From a virus (Duplodnaviria > Caudoviricetes), in IMG/VR virus record IMGVR_UViG_3300031813_000003, positions 1-64,000 of that record: a DNA stretch of 64,000 nt. One strand, given 5' to 3'. Each line of letters opens with the position of its first letter. The first letter of the stretch is position 1. Shown here piece by piece: positions 31,155 to 41,418 of the stretch. The position numbers and the translations under genes were made by a program. The notes under the pieces are model-generated. The model saw nothing but the letters and a program-made list of their open reading frames with translations. It did no database searches and was not told where the DNA came from.

Positions 31155-31220
31155 ATCTAAAAAAATAATTAATGATATTAAATAGTTAAAGGTATATTCT
31201 TTTAAGGATATACTTTTTTC

Positions 31221-31228
31221 TATAAATA
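31221..31228 (+). promoter_or_regulatory. T4-type late promoter TATAAATA
   Basis: Exact consensus upstream of scaffold/capsid; also at 12182, 23834, 33561, 35239, 44041 and 37441-37448 (minus); C/A variants at 11924, 19547, 27223, 29986, 47614. Confidence 0.85.
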
Positions 31229-31307
31229 CTAGTAAGTTATAATTTTGATTAAAATTTTAGGTCAATAAATTTGTATAAAATCTTATAAAGGAAAAGGAAA
31301 ATAAACA

Positions 31308-32003
31308 ATGGCAGATGCAAAAGATTCACTTCAAGAGCTATTTGAGGGAATTCAATCAGAAATCTTGACAGAAGAAGTAAAGCTACAAATTGCAACTCTT
31401 TTTGAAGCAGCTATCAATGAAGCTATTGAAGCTAAAGAAAAAGAACTTGTAGAAGCTAACAAGGCTGAGATTGCTGAATTTAAAGAAGACCTAGTTGCTC
31501 AAACAGATGCTTATCTTGAGTATTTCACTAAAGAGTACATTAAAGAAAATGAGCAGATTGTTGAAGACTTCACCAAAGTTCGCCTTGCTGAAAAAGTTCT
31601 AAGAAATTTTCAACAAATGGTAGAAGCATTTAATGTTTCTTTATCTGACGAATCTGTTTCTTCTGAAGATGAAATTGCGGAACTTCAGAGTGAGAACACT
31701 AAACTAGTTAACCAGTTAATTGAATCTCGTAAAGAAACTGAAACTGTTAAGAAAGCAACTATGATCAGCGAAGCTTCTATTAAATTAGAAACTGATGTTC
31801 AACGTGATAAACTAGTCGAAATGGCAAAGAAACTAGAATTTGATGAAGAACTATTCTCTGAAAAACTTGAAGTTCTAGTAAACAAAATTTTAGGAGAAAA
31901 AGTATCAGAAGAAGCTCCTGAGAAACTTGTAGAAAAAACTGAAACTACAGAACCAGTAAAACAAAAATCATCTATGATGAGTAGTTACCTTAACAACATT
32001 TAA
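31308..32003 (+). CDS. gp22: Prohead core scaffold protein
   Basis: LFEAAI, DAYLEY, C-terminal MSSYL; Glu-rich; position. Confidence 0.9.
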   Translation: MADAKDSLQELFEGIQSEILTEEVKLQIATLFEAAINEAIEAKEKELVEANKAEIAEFKEDLVAQTDAYLEYFTKEYIKENEQIVEDFTKVRLAEKVLRNFQQMVEAFNVSLSDESVSSEDEIAELQSENTKLVNQLIESRKETETVKKATMISEASIKLETDVQRDKLVEMAKKLEFDEELFSEKLEVLVNKILGEKVSEEAPEKLVEKTETTEPVKQKSSMMSSYLNNI

Positions 32004-32035
32004 CAATAAAAATTTATAAAGGAGAAAAAATTAAA

Positions 32036-33451
32036 ATGGCCGATTCAGTATTACTTGAAAAATGGACTGAACTAATTGACACAGATAAAGCACCTGCTGT
32101 TCAATCCAGAGAAAACATGGCACAACTTCTTGAGAACCAAGAAGGGTATCTAAATGAAACAGCTACTGCACAAGCTGACGTTGCTCAGTATACACCAATT
32201 TTGGTTCCAGCAGTTCGCCGTATCTTCCCTAACCTACTAGCAAATGAGATCGTAGGTGTACAACCTCTTAAACAACCTACTGGTTATGTATATGCACTAC
32301 GTTACCTATATGGTGATGGCGCAGGTATCAACGCAGTTGACCGTGGAACCTTTAACCGTGACTTGACCGGTGCCCCTGCTGTATTCATGACTGTTGGTGT
32401 TCTTTTTGCCGACATTACTCAAACTCCAACCGTATCTGGTTCAGTTGTGTTCACTTCTGGCGCACCTTCTGCTACTGGTACTGTTAACTACACTGAAGCA
32501 GGACGTTGCTTAGTAACTTTTGCATCTGCTTCTGGCGCACAACTAGCAGTTACTCCAGGTGTTTCCGCAATCGGAGCAGGTATTAATACTACTGTTGTTG
32601 CTGGTTTCGCAAACGAAGTTGGATACTCTCTAATCTTCAAAAACTGGACCGGTCCAATGACCACAGCAGTTGGTGAAACACTTGGTGCTTCAATCAAGAA
32701 TATGCAGCTAAAGATTGAACGTGCTCAAGTACAAGTTCAGACCAGACGTTTGAAAGCTGAGTACACCCTTGAAATGGCGCAAGACTTAAAGAACATTCAT
32801 GGACTAGATGCTGAGAAAGAACTTATCAACATCATGGAATATGAAATTGGTGCAGAACTTGACCGTGAATTAGTTGACCTAATTAACGCAAAAGCAACTG
32901 TAACACCAGCATGGAACTACGGTTCTGTGAACGTTGCTAACGGAACAGCTGACGGTCGTTGGGAAGCTGAAAAAATCCGTACCCTCTACAATCGTCTTCT
33001 TCGTGAAGCAAATCAAGTAGCTCTAACTACTCGTAGAGGTTCCGCTAACTTCATTATTGCATCTTCTAACGTATGTGCTGCACTTGAAACTCTTTCTGGT
33101 TTCCTTTACGCAGCTGTGCCAGGAACTGTAAAACCAACCATTGGTGTTGCTAAAGTTGGCACTCTAGATGCTCGTTTCACTGTATACATGGATACATTTG
33201 CATACACTGACTACATCACACTTGGATACAAAGGCGCAGGATACGACAACGGTATCATCTACTGCCCATATATTCCACTACAAATGCAGAAAGTTATTGA
33301 CCCTGTTACTTTCCAGCCTAAGATTGGTTTCATGACTCGTGATGCAATTGCTGGAACTCTATATGGAACTCAGAACTACTACAGAACTTTTGCAGTTAAC
33401 TTCGGTTCCTCTTCCTTCGGTGGTGGTTATACCCTTGGAGTAACTTGGTAA
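32036..33451 (+). CDS. gp23: Major capsid protein
   Basis: LLENQE, RRIFPNL.A.EI.GVQP, LKAEYTLEMAQDLK.IHGLDAE.EL, YCPYIPL, FQPKIGF.TR. Confidence 0.97.
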   Translation: MADSVLLEKWTELIDTDKAPAVQSRENMAQLLENQEGYLNETATAQADVAQYTPILVPAVRRIFPNLLANEIVGVQPLKQPTGYVYALRYLYGDGAGINAVDRGTFNRDLTGAPAVFMTVGVLFADITQTPTVSGSVVFTSGAPSATGTVNYTEAGRCLVTFASASGAQLAVTPGVSAIGAGINTTVVAGFANEVGYSLIFKNWTGPMTTAVGETLGASIKNMQLKIERAQVQVQTRRLKAEYTLEMAQDLKNIHGLDAEKELINIMEYEIGAELDRELVDLINAKATVTPAWNYGSVNVANGTADGRWEAEKIRTLYNRLLREANQVALTTRRGSANFIIASSNVCAALETLSGFLYAAVPGTVKPTIGVAKVGTLDARFTVYMDTFAYTDYITLGYKGAGYDNGIIYCPYIPLQMQKVIDPVTFQPKIGFMTRDAIAGTLYGTQNYYRTFAVNFGSSSFGGGYTLGVTW

Positions 33452-33492
33452 TCCAATAACAACTTGATAAGATAATTATCAATACAAATGAG

Positions 33493-33522
33493 AGGGAGTT
33501 AGAGAAATCTAACTCCCTTTTT
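33493..33522 (+). terminator. Terminator after the capsid gene
   Basis: AGGGAGTTAGA-gaaa-TCTAACTCCCTTTTT. Confidence 0.9.
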
Positions 33523-33599
33523 AATTGACAAATATAAATACCCGTAGTAAAATGTTTTTTTATAAATAGAAGTGTGTAGGAATTACAAAAGAGGATAAT

Positions 33600-33791
33600 A
33601 TGAATTTAAACAAAAAAAGTGATGTATTCAAGAAGTTAGCTAAAATGAAAGGCAACGCAGATGGTGGTGAGCGTTTACCTTCCATTCCCCTTGGTAGAAC
33701 CTTCAAAGGTACTATAAAGGATAAACGTGACAATCCTAAACATAAAAAAGGATTATCGAAGATTAAACGAACTAATGAACTAACAAACTAA
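33600..33791 (+). CDS. Small basic protein
   Basis: GAGGA RBS; Lys/Arg rich; sigma70 (33525) and late (33561) promoters upstream. Confidence 0.6.
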   Translation: MNLNKKSDVFKKLAKMKGNADGGERLPSIPLGRTFKGTIKDKRDNPKHKKGLSKIKRTNELTN

Positions 33792-33796
33792 TAAAT

Positions 33797-34279
33797 TTGT
33801 TTGGAGGTTCATATATGAATTGTGATACATGTGTTAAAGACATCGTGGAATGCCATGAATGTGAAGAATTTGAGATGTATGTTGAAAATAATACAGATTC
33901 AAAAAAATTAAAAGAAATTAGAAGATTTCTTATAAAAGAAAAAATCCCTACTGATAATTCTATATCAGGTAAAATTGCTGACTTCTTGGTATCAAAAGTT
34001 GGTACAATGTCTTGTTTTTACTTTTTTATGCTATTATCAACTATCCCTGTTATATTCCCCGAAACAATGACGGTAATTGGTTATATATCATCAGGGTATC
34101 TACAATTAATTTTATTACCATTGATTATGGTTTCAACCAATAGAACTGATATGATCAGGGTACAAAAAGCTGAACGTGAATGGAAGATTCATCTTGTCAC
34201 TGATAGAATTGAAGAATTGGCAGAAGAAAGATTTGAAATGCTCTTTACCCAAGTAATGGGGTTGAAGAATATAAATTGA
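33797..34279 (+). CDS. DUF1003-like membrane protein
   Basis: KIAD.....VGTM..FY...SSGYLQLILLPLIMV..NR. Confidence 0.6.
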   Translation: MFGGSYMNCDTCVKDIVECHECEEFEMYVENNTDSKKLKEIRRFLIKEKIPTDNSISGKIADFLVSKVGTMSCFYFFMLLSTIPVIFPETMTVIGYISSGYLQLILLPLIMVSTNRTDMIRVQKAEREWKIHLVTDRIEELAEERFEMLFTQVMGLKNIN

Positions 34280-34349
34280 CTTTCAATTCATTTTAAGGTA
34301 CAATGAAAATAACCTTAAATTTGTAATTAACTAACTAAAGGAAATCATT

Positions 34350-34616
34350 ATGAAATCAACGATTGAAGATATTGCAAAGCAGTTCAATATTACTAAAAAA
34401 CTAGCGAAAGCTGTTGTACATTCGGTTGTACATTCTTTTGCGGTAACCTTGGTAACCGAGGGCGAATTGAAGCTTGCTGAGATTGGAACTATACGTGTAG
34501 AAACTAAACAAGAACGTAATGGAAGCAATCCTAGGACAGGATTACCAATCGTAATCAAAGAACATAAAGTTTTGAAACTTATCCCTACTGCTGCAATAAA
34601 AAACGCAATTCAGTAA
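34350..34616 (+). CDS. HU/IHF-family DNA-binding protein
   Basis: IGT.......R.G.NPRTG.PI.I; sigma70 promoter at 34276. Confidence 0.85.
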   Translation: MKSTIEDIAKQFNITKKLAKAVVHSVVHSFAVTLVTEGELKLAEIGTIRVETKQERNGSNPRTGLPIVIKEHKVLKLIPTAAIKNAIQ

Positions 34617-34626
34617 TAACGAGGAA

Positions 34627-34815
34627 TTGATGAAAGTGAAAATTGTGTATGATCCATTTGAATGTGAGTACATAGCTTTTATAGAGAGTCTAGCTTCCTT
34701 CTCAGGATATGGTAAAACTGAGAAGGAAGCTATTATTGACTTTTTACATCAATGTGAAAATAACCCAAATTTCAATAAACCTATCATTAAATCACTTCTA
34801 AATAACATCCAATGA
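34627..34815 (+). CDS. HicB-like small protein
   Basis: YIA....L...SGYGKT.KEAI. Confidence 0.55.
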   Translation: MMKVKIVYDPFECEYIAFIESLASFSGYGKTEKEAIIDFLHQCENNPNFNKPIIKSLLNNIQ

Positions 34816-35231
34816 TATTAGACTACAATAAACTATACCATTTTAGATATAAAGCTACACTTGAAGGGAAAATTCATGTATATGATAAAGTTCCAATCAT
34901 ATTCATATTAGACATTAGACCTACAAATATCTTAGCAGTTAACTTTCACTGGATTCCTTATAGGGTTAGACGTAAATTTTTTGATGATGTTAGAAATATA
35001 ATGTCAAACACTGAAAAAATTCATAAAAGAATTGAACGTGTAAGACTGACATATAAATTACTCCAACAACCTGAATACCGTATTGGTTTGCAAGGTATAA
35101 GAATGTACTATACAAAGAATATGACTTCAGTTAAAGTTATCCCTGAAGCAAGCTGGAATCTTGTATTTGGTTATGGTATCAAAGAATTTAGAATGCGTAA
35201 AGTTTATAAGTACCGAGATTATAAAGATTAA
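34812..35231 (+). CDS. Second DNA end protector (gp2-like) paralog
   Basis: YDKVPII, AVNFHWIP..R, GIRMY. Confidence 0.7.
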   Translation: MILDYNKLYHFRYKATLEGKIHVYDKVPIIFILDIRPTNILAVNFHWIPYRVRRKFFDDVRNIMSNTEKIHKRIERVRLTYKLLQQPEYRIGLQGIRMYYTKNMTSVKVIPEASWNLVFGYGIKEFRMRKVYKYRDYKD

Positions 35232-35725
35232 TTATCCTTATAAATACAAATAAAAGGATAATTTTAGTCATGGATGATATATATACAAGTTGTGGTATAA
35301 AAGCGTTACTAGTTGTATGTACATATGCGGATAAAGATGGATTTTGTTTTTATCCAAGCGGTCCTTGTAAAATAGGCAAAGAACGTAGAATAGTTGCTGA
35401 AATTTGGGAAACAGATGAAGATAAAATAGTTGAGTGTATTGGAACATCACAATATGCTAATTCTAAAAAGGAATAAATTAATGGAAGAGTTAGTATTTGA
35501 GCCTGGATGGTTACAGCGTCAAGTAGAAGCAGCATCTAAAGAAGTTGATTCGTGGACTAATAAACAAAGAGAAAGAATCTTCTGTTATAATGAACATACA
35601 TGGATGCATCCTACATATCCAAAAGAGAATATGCAAGTATTAACTTGTAAGTATTGTGAGAGGGAAATGATTCGTTTCTCTTGGGGCGAATCTTTTGTAA
35701 TGGTCAAACGAGGGAGGGAAGGACA

Positions 35726-36180
35726 ATGGATGTAGGATCAAAAGCAAGTTACCCTGCTGGAGCGTTATCCAACTTTACCGCAAACACATTTGTATTTGAT
35801 AATGTGTTATGTAAATCTATGGAGGGTCTACTTCAGTCATGGAAGTTTAAATCTCCTGAAATGCAAGCAGAGATTTGTACCTACATTGGATTTGGTGCAA
35901 AGAAAGCAGGAGCTAAGAAAAACTGGCAAGAGAGTCAAACTCTCTGGTGGAAAGGGGTAGGTATACCTAGAAAGTCTGATGCCTACCAGAAGCTAATTAC
36001 AGCTGCTTATGATGCTATGTTTGAGCAATCTGCTGGATTAGGAATGCATTAAGAGCCGCAGGTAAAGATGCAGTCTTTACACATTCAATAGGGCGTAGCA
36101 AAGAAGCTGAAACAGTTTTAACTGAAAGGGAATTCTGTTCACAGCTAATGAGACTAAAAAGGAAATTATATGAAAGTTAA
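35726..36180 (+). pseudogene. NADAR/T4 gp30.3-like protein, frameshifted near 36038
   Basis: YPAGALSNF, SMEGLLQS.KF, QTLWW.G; continues RNAL...FTHSIG...ETVLTEREFC in another frame. Confidence 0.8.
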
Positions 36181-36443
36181 AGATATGATAAACTCTTTTA
36201 AAGATTTGGTGGTAAACATTAAATTAGCATTTCAACTAGTTAAACCTAGGAAGAAACCTCCCGTTGGACATTAAATGAAGTATAGCGTATATGATAAGTT
36301 ACCTCCGCAGGGTATTCCTGTCTATGTGTGGGATATATTCCACACCAAACCATATTCAGCATATAGAAAGGGAGACTTCTGGTTTACAGAAGCACCCGAA
36401 AATAGACTAGTAGAATGTATATCACATTGGGAACCATTAGAAA

Positions 36444-36899
36444 ATGAAAATTAAATTATTAGTTATACTATGTTTTATATTATTCATAGTACAATCAGCG
36501 TTGGGTGATACAATCCCAAATCAAATCACAACTTCTCCTACAGATGTAATAACAACTGAAGGATTCTCTCCTGCTATAGTTGGTTCCCTAGGAGCATTTT
36601 ATCCTAATGGAAAATATAAACTATTCAGTGCGGGTATTAATTTTGGAACCAATTATACATTTAAAGCAGATAAAAATGCGAATGTGAATTCTTTAGGATT
36701 ACTTATTGGCCCTCAATCAAGTTTAGTGAATGGCAATTCAGAAACAGTACTTAATGTAATGTTGTATTTAGATTTATTCAAAACAGCAAAGGCAGGATCA
36801 TGGGGAGTTGGCATCGGGGATGAATTTTGGAAATCAGCTGTTGGCTTTCAAAAACCAACAGCTGATACAGTATTCATATTACTTGGGTACAAGTTCTGA
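36444..36899 (+). CDS. Putative small outer-membrane beta-barrel protein
   Basis: Signal peptide, amphipathic strands, C-terminal LGYKF. Confidence 0.5.
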   Translation: MKIKLLVILCFILFIVQSALGDTIPNQITTSPTDVITTEGFSPAIVGSLGAFYPNGKYKLFSAGINFGTNYTFKADKNANVNSLGLLIGPQSSLVNGNSETVLNVMLYLDLFKTAKAGSWGVGIGDEFWKSAVGFQKPTADTVFILLGYKF

Positions 36900-37403
36900 T
36901 TTCTCTTCTACAAGTTCTCTTGCTAAATCATCGGACATATCTTTAGTATCATCAGGGATGGGACTTTCTCCCTGCTTGGATAATTTTTGTGATATCCAAG
37001 CAGGAAAAGTTATATTATGAATACCATTAGCAACACCATCAGTCATTCCCCCTGTATGATATTTTTGTGATAGAACCAGACAATTTCTGATATCATCTAC
37101 ACTTGTTATTGGTGTGTTTGTTAGTAACTTTCCATAACCATATGGATCAAATGTTTCACAGAATTCTTTCAGCTTATCAAAATCAACATCATCTGCCAAA
37201 CACCACTCTGCACCAAAGTGGTGTACCTGAAGGTCTTCTGTACTACCATCAACCCAACATTTATAATGACCATCTTTTTTCAGTCTAGCAATAGATCGTT
37301 GAAATTCTCTGGATGCTTTTCTTTCTTCATGCCCAGGAACAACTACAATCTCTGTTAGTGTTCGTTTCATAACATGCGCTTCTACTTCAGTTTCATCATT
37401 CAT
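36879..37403 (-). CDS. HNH-like protein under a minus-strand late promoter
   Basis: CWV.G..EDLQVHH...RNCLVL...HT...GIH; TATAAATA at 37448-37441; AGGAG RBS. Confidence 0.6.
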   Translation of the reverse strand: MNDETEVEAHVMKRTLTEIVVVPGHEERKASREFQRSIARLKKDGHYKCWVDGSTEDLQVHHFGAEWCLADDVDFDKLKEFCETFDPYGYGKLLTNTPITSVDDIRNCLVLSQKYHTGGMTDGVANGIHNITFPAWISQKLSKQGESPIPDDTKDMSDDLARELVEEKSELVPK

Positions 37404-37478
37404 ATAAAATACTCCTATAAATATCGTTGTATCTATTGAGTATTTATAAACATTGGAATAAACTAATAAAGGAACATA

Positions 37479-37733
37479 ATGGCAAAGATAATTAACAATC
37501 TAAATATTGAGTTTGAAACAACATTAGGATTAAATGAAGCAGAAATGAGAGCATTGAATGCTCTCACTGTATATGGTGATGAAGAATTCCTCAAATTCTT
37601 TTATACTCACTTAGGAAAATACTATCTTCAAAAACATGAAACTGGATTGAAGCAATTATTCGATTCAATACGAAAAATCATACCACAAGAACTTTCAAAA
37701 ATAGATACTATAAGGAAGACATTGAGTAAATGA
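37479..37733 (+). CDS. Hypothetical protein
   Basis: AAGGA RBS. Confidence 0.65.
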   Translation: MAKIINNLNIEFETTLGLNEAEMRALNALTVYGDEEFLKFFYTHLGKYYLQKHETGLKQLFDSIRKIIPQELSKIDTIRKTLSK

Positions 37734-38239
37734 ACAATATAAAATATATGAAGTATATTTTCAAACACAAGTATCATGTAGCAAAGGAATGTTTTAAACT
37801 AGGGATGTACTGGCGAGGACTAACCCACGATCTATCAAAATTCTTACCTTTTGAATGGAATGCATATAAGAATTTTTTCTACGGTGAGTATAGAGCATAT
37901 TCAGAATTCGGGGCAGGGATCAAATATGAATTTGATTGTTGGTCTATTTCAAAAGAAGGTGTGAAAGAATCTTTCGACTATGCTTGGCTAAATCATATTC
38001 ATAAAAACAAACACCATTGGCAATATTGGGTTTTAAGATATGATGACGGTTCCAAAATTCCCCTATCTATGCCCGATAAATATATTAAAGAAATGGTTTG
38101 TGATTGGGTAGGTGCTGGAATTGCTATCACAGGGAAACGTGAAGCTGATAAATGGTATGAAACTAATAAAGACAAGATGCAATTACATGATACAACCAGA
38201 GTGAAAGTAGAAACTTTACTAAAGAAATTGTTTAAATAA
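37730..38239 (+). CDS. DUF5662-family HD-domain-like protein
   Basis: HK..V, HDLSKF, AWLNH...NKHHWQYW, EMVCDW. Confidence 0.8.
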   Translation: MNNIKYMKYIFKHKYHVAKECFKLGMYWRGLTHDLSKFLPFEWNAYKNFFYGEYRAYSEFGAGIKYEFDCWSISKEGVKESFDYAWLNHIHKNKHHWQYWVLRYDDGSKIPLSMPDKYIKEMVCDWVGAGIAITGKREADKWYETNKDKMQLHDTTRVKVETLLKKLFK

Positions 38240-38253
38240 GGAAATAATAACGA

Positions 38254-39000
38254 ATGAAAATAATTCCATATGTTTTTGTACATGATCAAAATATTGTATT
38301 AGCCTATGAAAGAACTAGAAAACTTTCTAAAATATTTAATGAATACTACTATGTTTTTCTTGGTAATAATCCAGTATATGAAATAAAAAATAAAAAGAAT
38401 GTTATTGTAGCTAGACAACTAGAATACAATATTGAAGAATATCCCAAACTTGTCACCTTCACAGGGTGGTATGCTCTCCATATGAATAAACTATTAAAAT
38501 CAGATTACTCTATGTTTCTTGAATATGATGTTGTATTACATCCTAGATTTAGTTCAATAGTACTAGATTCTATTAAACATTCAAAAGAAAAAGATGTGTT
38601 CTCATTTATCCCTGTAGCAAAAGACTTCCTATTCTATGAGTACCTTCTTCCTATTATAGATAATAAAGAAAATTTTTCATCTGATAGAGAAATCTATATA
38701 GATAATGGGGGTAAAGAACAATGGATGGGAAGCTCAAATTCAATTTGGAAAACTGAAGTTGTTATAGATTTTATAGAATGGTTTATGTTGCGTTGTGGAG
38801 CTATACTAAACTATGACACTATTGGTCATATAGTTGAACGTGCATTAACAATGTATTGTATTGAAAATAGGATCAATTATAGATTTATATCTGGAGTTCT
38901 TCAGCATGAATATCTTGATTCTCATCAGACACAATCTGTTTATAATGGTGGGATTCAAAAAAACTATAAAGACCATATTAATAGGTTGGCACAGTCATGA
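38254..39000 (+). CDS. Putative glycosyltransferase (GT-A like)
   Basis: FLEYDV, GH.VER, H...DSH motifs. Confidence 0.55.
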   Translation: MKIIPYVFVHDQNIVLAYERTRKLSKIFNEYYYVFLGNNPVYEIKNKKNVIVARQLEYNIEEYPKLVTFTGWYALHMNKLLKSDYSMFLEYDVVLHPRFSSIVLDSIKHSKEKDVFSFIPVAKDFLFYEYLLPIIDNKENFSSDREIYIDNGGKEQWMGSSNSIWKTEVVIDFIEWFMLRCGAILNYDTIGHIVERALTMYCIENRINYRFISGVLQHEYLDSHQTQSVYNGGIQKNYKDHINRLAQS

Positions 39001-39740
39001 TATATAATAGTTATAATAAATTTCACCTAGGAGATAACACATACCATTTGCATCTTCTTAGAAAATTATGTGATGTAAATGGAGGAATATATAATCATTA
39101 TGTACTTGATCAGTATATTCCAGAACTAAGGCAACAGATCATAGGATATGAAAATAAGATCAATTTGTATGGAATTGATAGTTGCCCTATATTTGCACAA
39201 AATAGTTGGATAGCAACTGATGGATTTTTTTATAATGACCCTGAGTTCTTTAATTATAACGAAATGTATATCAGATTTTTTGATTACTACTGTTCACGAA
39301 TAGGAGTACCAAATCCTTGTACAGATGTAGTATTTGAATATGAAGAAATAAAACTAAGAAATGATCTCATGAGTGGTGGGTATGACATTTTACTAGTAAA
39401 CTCCATTGCACATTCAGGACAATTTGATTGCGGAGATCATGAAATGTTGAATTTGGCAAATCAACTATCAAGTAAATATTCAATAATTACCACACAAAAA
39501 TTGGGTGATTATCCTTGTACTAGAGATTTGAAATATAGTCTAGTTGATATTGCTGCATTGGCAATAAATTGTAAATATCTAGTTTCTATATTTACCTCAC
39601 CTTTTGTTATGTCTATCAATAAATGGAGCAATTTTGAAAAAGTATTTACACTAGATAAATTTAATTCATATAGACTACCAAACTTTTTTAGAGTACAATC
39701 TCCACAGAATTTTGATATTATAACTAGGGAACTTTTATGA
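38997..39740 (+). CDS. Putative glycosyltransferase (GT-B like)
   Basis: HLGDN, LLVNS...SGQ, SL.DIA.LA, TSP. Confidence 0.55.
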   Translation: MIYNSYNKFHLGDNTYHLHLLRKLCDVNGGIYNHYVLDQYIPELRQQIIGYENKINLYGIDSCPIFAQNSWIATDGFFYNDPEFFNYNEMYIRFFDYYCSRIGVPNPCTDVVFEYEEIKLRNDLMSGGYDILLVNSIAHSGQFDCGDHEMLNLANQLSSKYSIITTQKLGDYPCTRDLKYSLVDIAALAINCKYLVSIFTSPFVMSINKWSNFEKVFTLDKFNSYRLPNFFRVQSPQNFDIITRELL

Positions 39741-40525
39741 CATTCAAATTGAATATAGAAAATCAACATAGAGGATTTTTCTCTCTTATGTCTGATGTAT
39801 ATTATTTCGAAAAGAAACATCTCAAACCGGAAGATGAAATATATGTTAGTGTAACTGGATCATTATACCATCAACATAATATGTTTGATTTATATTTTGA
39901 TCAAACACCAATACAACACTATAACCAGATTCATACTGTAAGGAATCCTGGAGAATGTGGAATTGAATATCTTGTCACTTCAAGTAACTATTATACAGAA
40001 GAAGGAGCAAATATTTTACGTGAATTAGTTCCTATTATACAGCATAGATTTATAGTCAAGAAACACATTCAAGAAAAGATTGATGATTTTAAAATCACTA
40101 ACTTCAAAGGAAATATATTTGGTATTCAGAAACGTGGGACTGATATGTATACAATAGGACATGGACAAACAGCAAGTGAAATGAGATCACTTGACACTTA
40201 TAAAAGAATCATAGAAGACAATTTGACTAAATATGATAAATGTTTTCTTATGACTGATGAACAGTTTACAGTTGATATTTTAAAGAATACTTTTGGTGAT
40301 AAAATTTGTAGCTATGATTCTTTGAGAAGTCATACTGATAGAAGTGTACATTTTCAGTTTCAACATAATCCTAGGATAGGAGAAGATGTTTTAATTGAGA
40401 CAATACTTTTAGGTAGTTGTGATAAATTATTCGCAACATTATCTAATATACCTGTATTTGCAATAGCATACAATAATAATTTTAACTATGAATTTATTGA
40501 CATAGGAAGGAAGTATATACATTGA
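39737..40525 (+). CDS. NodZ/O-fucosyltransferase-like protein
   Basis: GFFS, GIQKRGTD, FLMTDE, GEDVLIE..LL..CD.L..T.SN. Confidence 0.75.
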   Translation: MTFKLNIENQHRGFFSLMSDVYYFEKKHLKPEDEIYVSVTGSLYHQHNMFDLYFDQTPIQHYNQIHTVRNPGECGIEYLVTSSNYYTEEGANILRELVPIIQHRFIVKKHIQEKIDDFKITNFKGNIFGIQKRGTDMYTIGHGQTASEMRSLDTYKRIIEDNLTKYDKCFLMTDEQFTVDILKNTFGDKICSYDSLRSHTDRSVHFQFQHNPRIGEDVLIETILLGSCDKLFATLSNIPVFAIAYNNNFNYEFIDIGRKYIH

Positions 40526-41175
40526 TACCAAATCACCACTTAACCGAAGATGGACACATTCAACAAACTGTGATTGACTACGAAGCACAATCAAAAATAT
40601 ACGGAGTTGAATACAATGGAAAATATAATGCGCCTATGTATGATAATAATCTATCTCTATTGAGGTTAGGGTTTGTTGCTGGAGTCTTGGGTAGATATCC
40701 AAAATCTATACTTGATATTGGATATGGAAACGGAGATTTTTTATTTCAATGCGCCAAGAAGATTGATCTTTGTTTTGGATATGATATTTCAGAATATCCT
40801 ACACCTAAAGGAGTTACTAAAATAACTTCAATTGATTCTTGTAAAGCTGAAGTTGTTACCTTTTGGGATTCATTGGAACATATAGAAGACCTTTCATTTG
40901 TTAAAGATTTAAAATGTGAGTATGTAATTATTTCATGCCCTATGAGTCATTGGAATTTTTTTGATACAACAGAGAAAGCAGATAATTGGCTTTTAAATCA
41001 TAGACATTATAGACCCAATGAACATCTACATTACTTTGATGATATGTCATTAACTATATTCATGAATATGAATGGATTCGATTATATTTGTGATAATAAT
41101 TTAGAGGATTTAATTCGTATCCCAGGTGATGATAGACAAAACATCTTAACAGCTGCATTTAAAAAAAGAAAATAA
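40522..41175 (+). CDS. Class I SAM-dependent methyltransferase
   Basis: ILDIGYGNGDF, FWDSLEHI, P.EHLHYF. Confidence 0.85.
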   Translation: MIPNHHLTEDGHIQQTVIDYEAQSKIYGVEYNGKYNAPMYDNNLSLLRLGFVAGVLGRYPKSILDIGYGNGDFLFQCAKKIDLCFGYDISEYPTPKGVTKITSIDSCKAEVVTFWDSLEHIEDLSFVKDLKCEYVIISCPMSHWNFFDTTEKADNWLLNHRHYRPNEHLHYFDDMSLTIFMNMNGFDYICDNNLEDLIRIPGDDRQNILTAAFKKRK

Positions 41176-41176
41176 A

Positions 41177-41244
41177 TTGACATTAAATCTCCTCTGTGGT
41201 AAGGTTAATCATAATCTAAACCAACCCACAAAGGAGATTTCAAA
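41177..41244 (+). promoter_or_regulatory. Early sigma70 promoter plus RBS
   Basis: TTGACA 41177, 17 bp, TAAGGT; CCACAAAGGAGATTT. Confidence 0.75.
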
Positions 41245-41418
41245 ATGACCGTGTACCTCAAGTTTGACACTTCCAAAGAATCCGAAAAATCCGCCAAACA
41301 GTTCTACTTCACTGACGGTGCTGATTGTATGTCCAAGAAGAACTTTACATACAAGCAAGCTCTTGAGCAAGAAAAATTCCTCAAGTCCCTTGGGTTCACC
41401 ATTGAAGACCACTCCTAA
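41245..41418 (+). CDS. 57-aa early protein (not in track)
   Basis: MTVYLKFDTSKESEK...; directly after cassette RBS. Confidence 0.7.
   Translation: MTVYLKFDTSKESEKSAKQFYFTDGADCMSKKNFTYKQALEQEKFLKSLGFTIEDHS

Noticed and set aside
34627-34815. Complete HicAB toxin-antitoxin module
   Set aside because: No HicA-like partner recognised next to it
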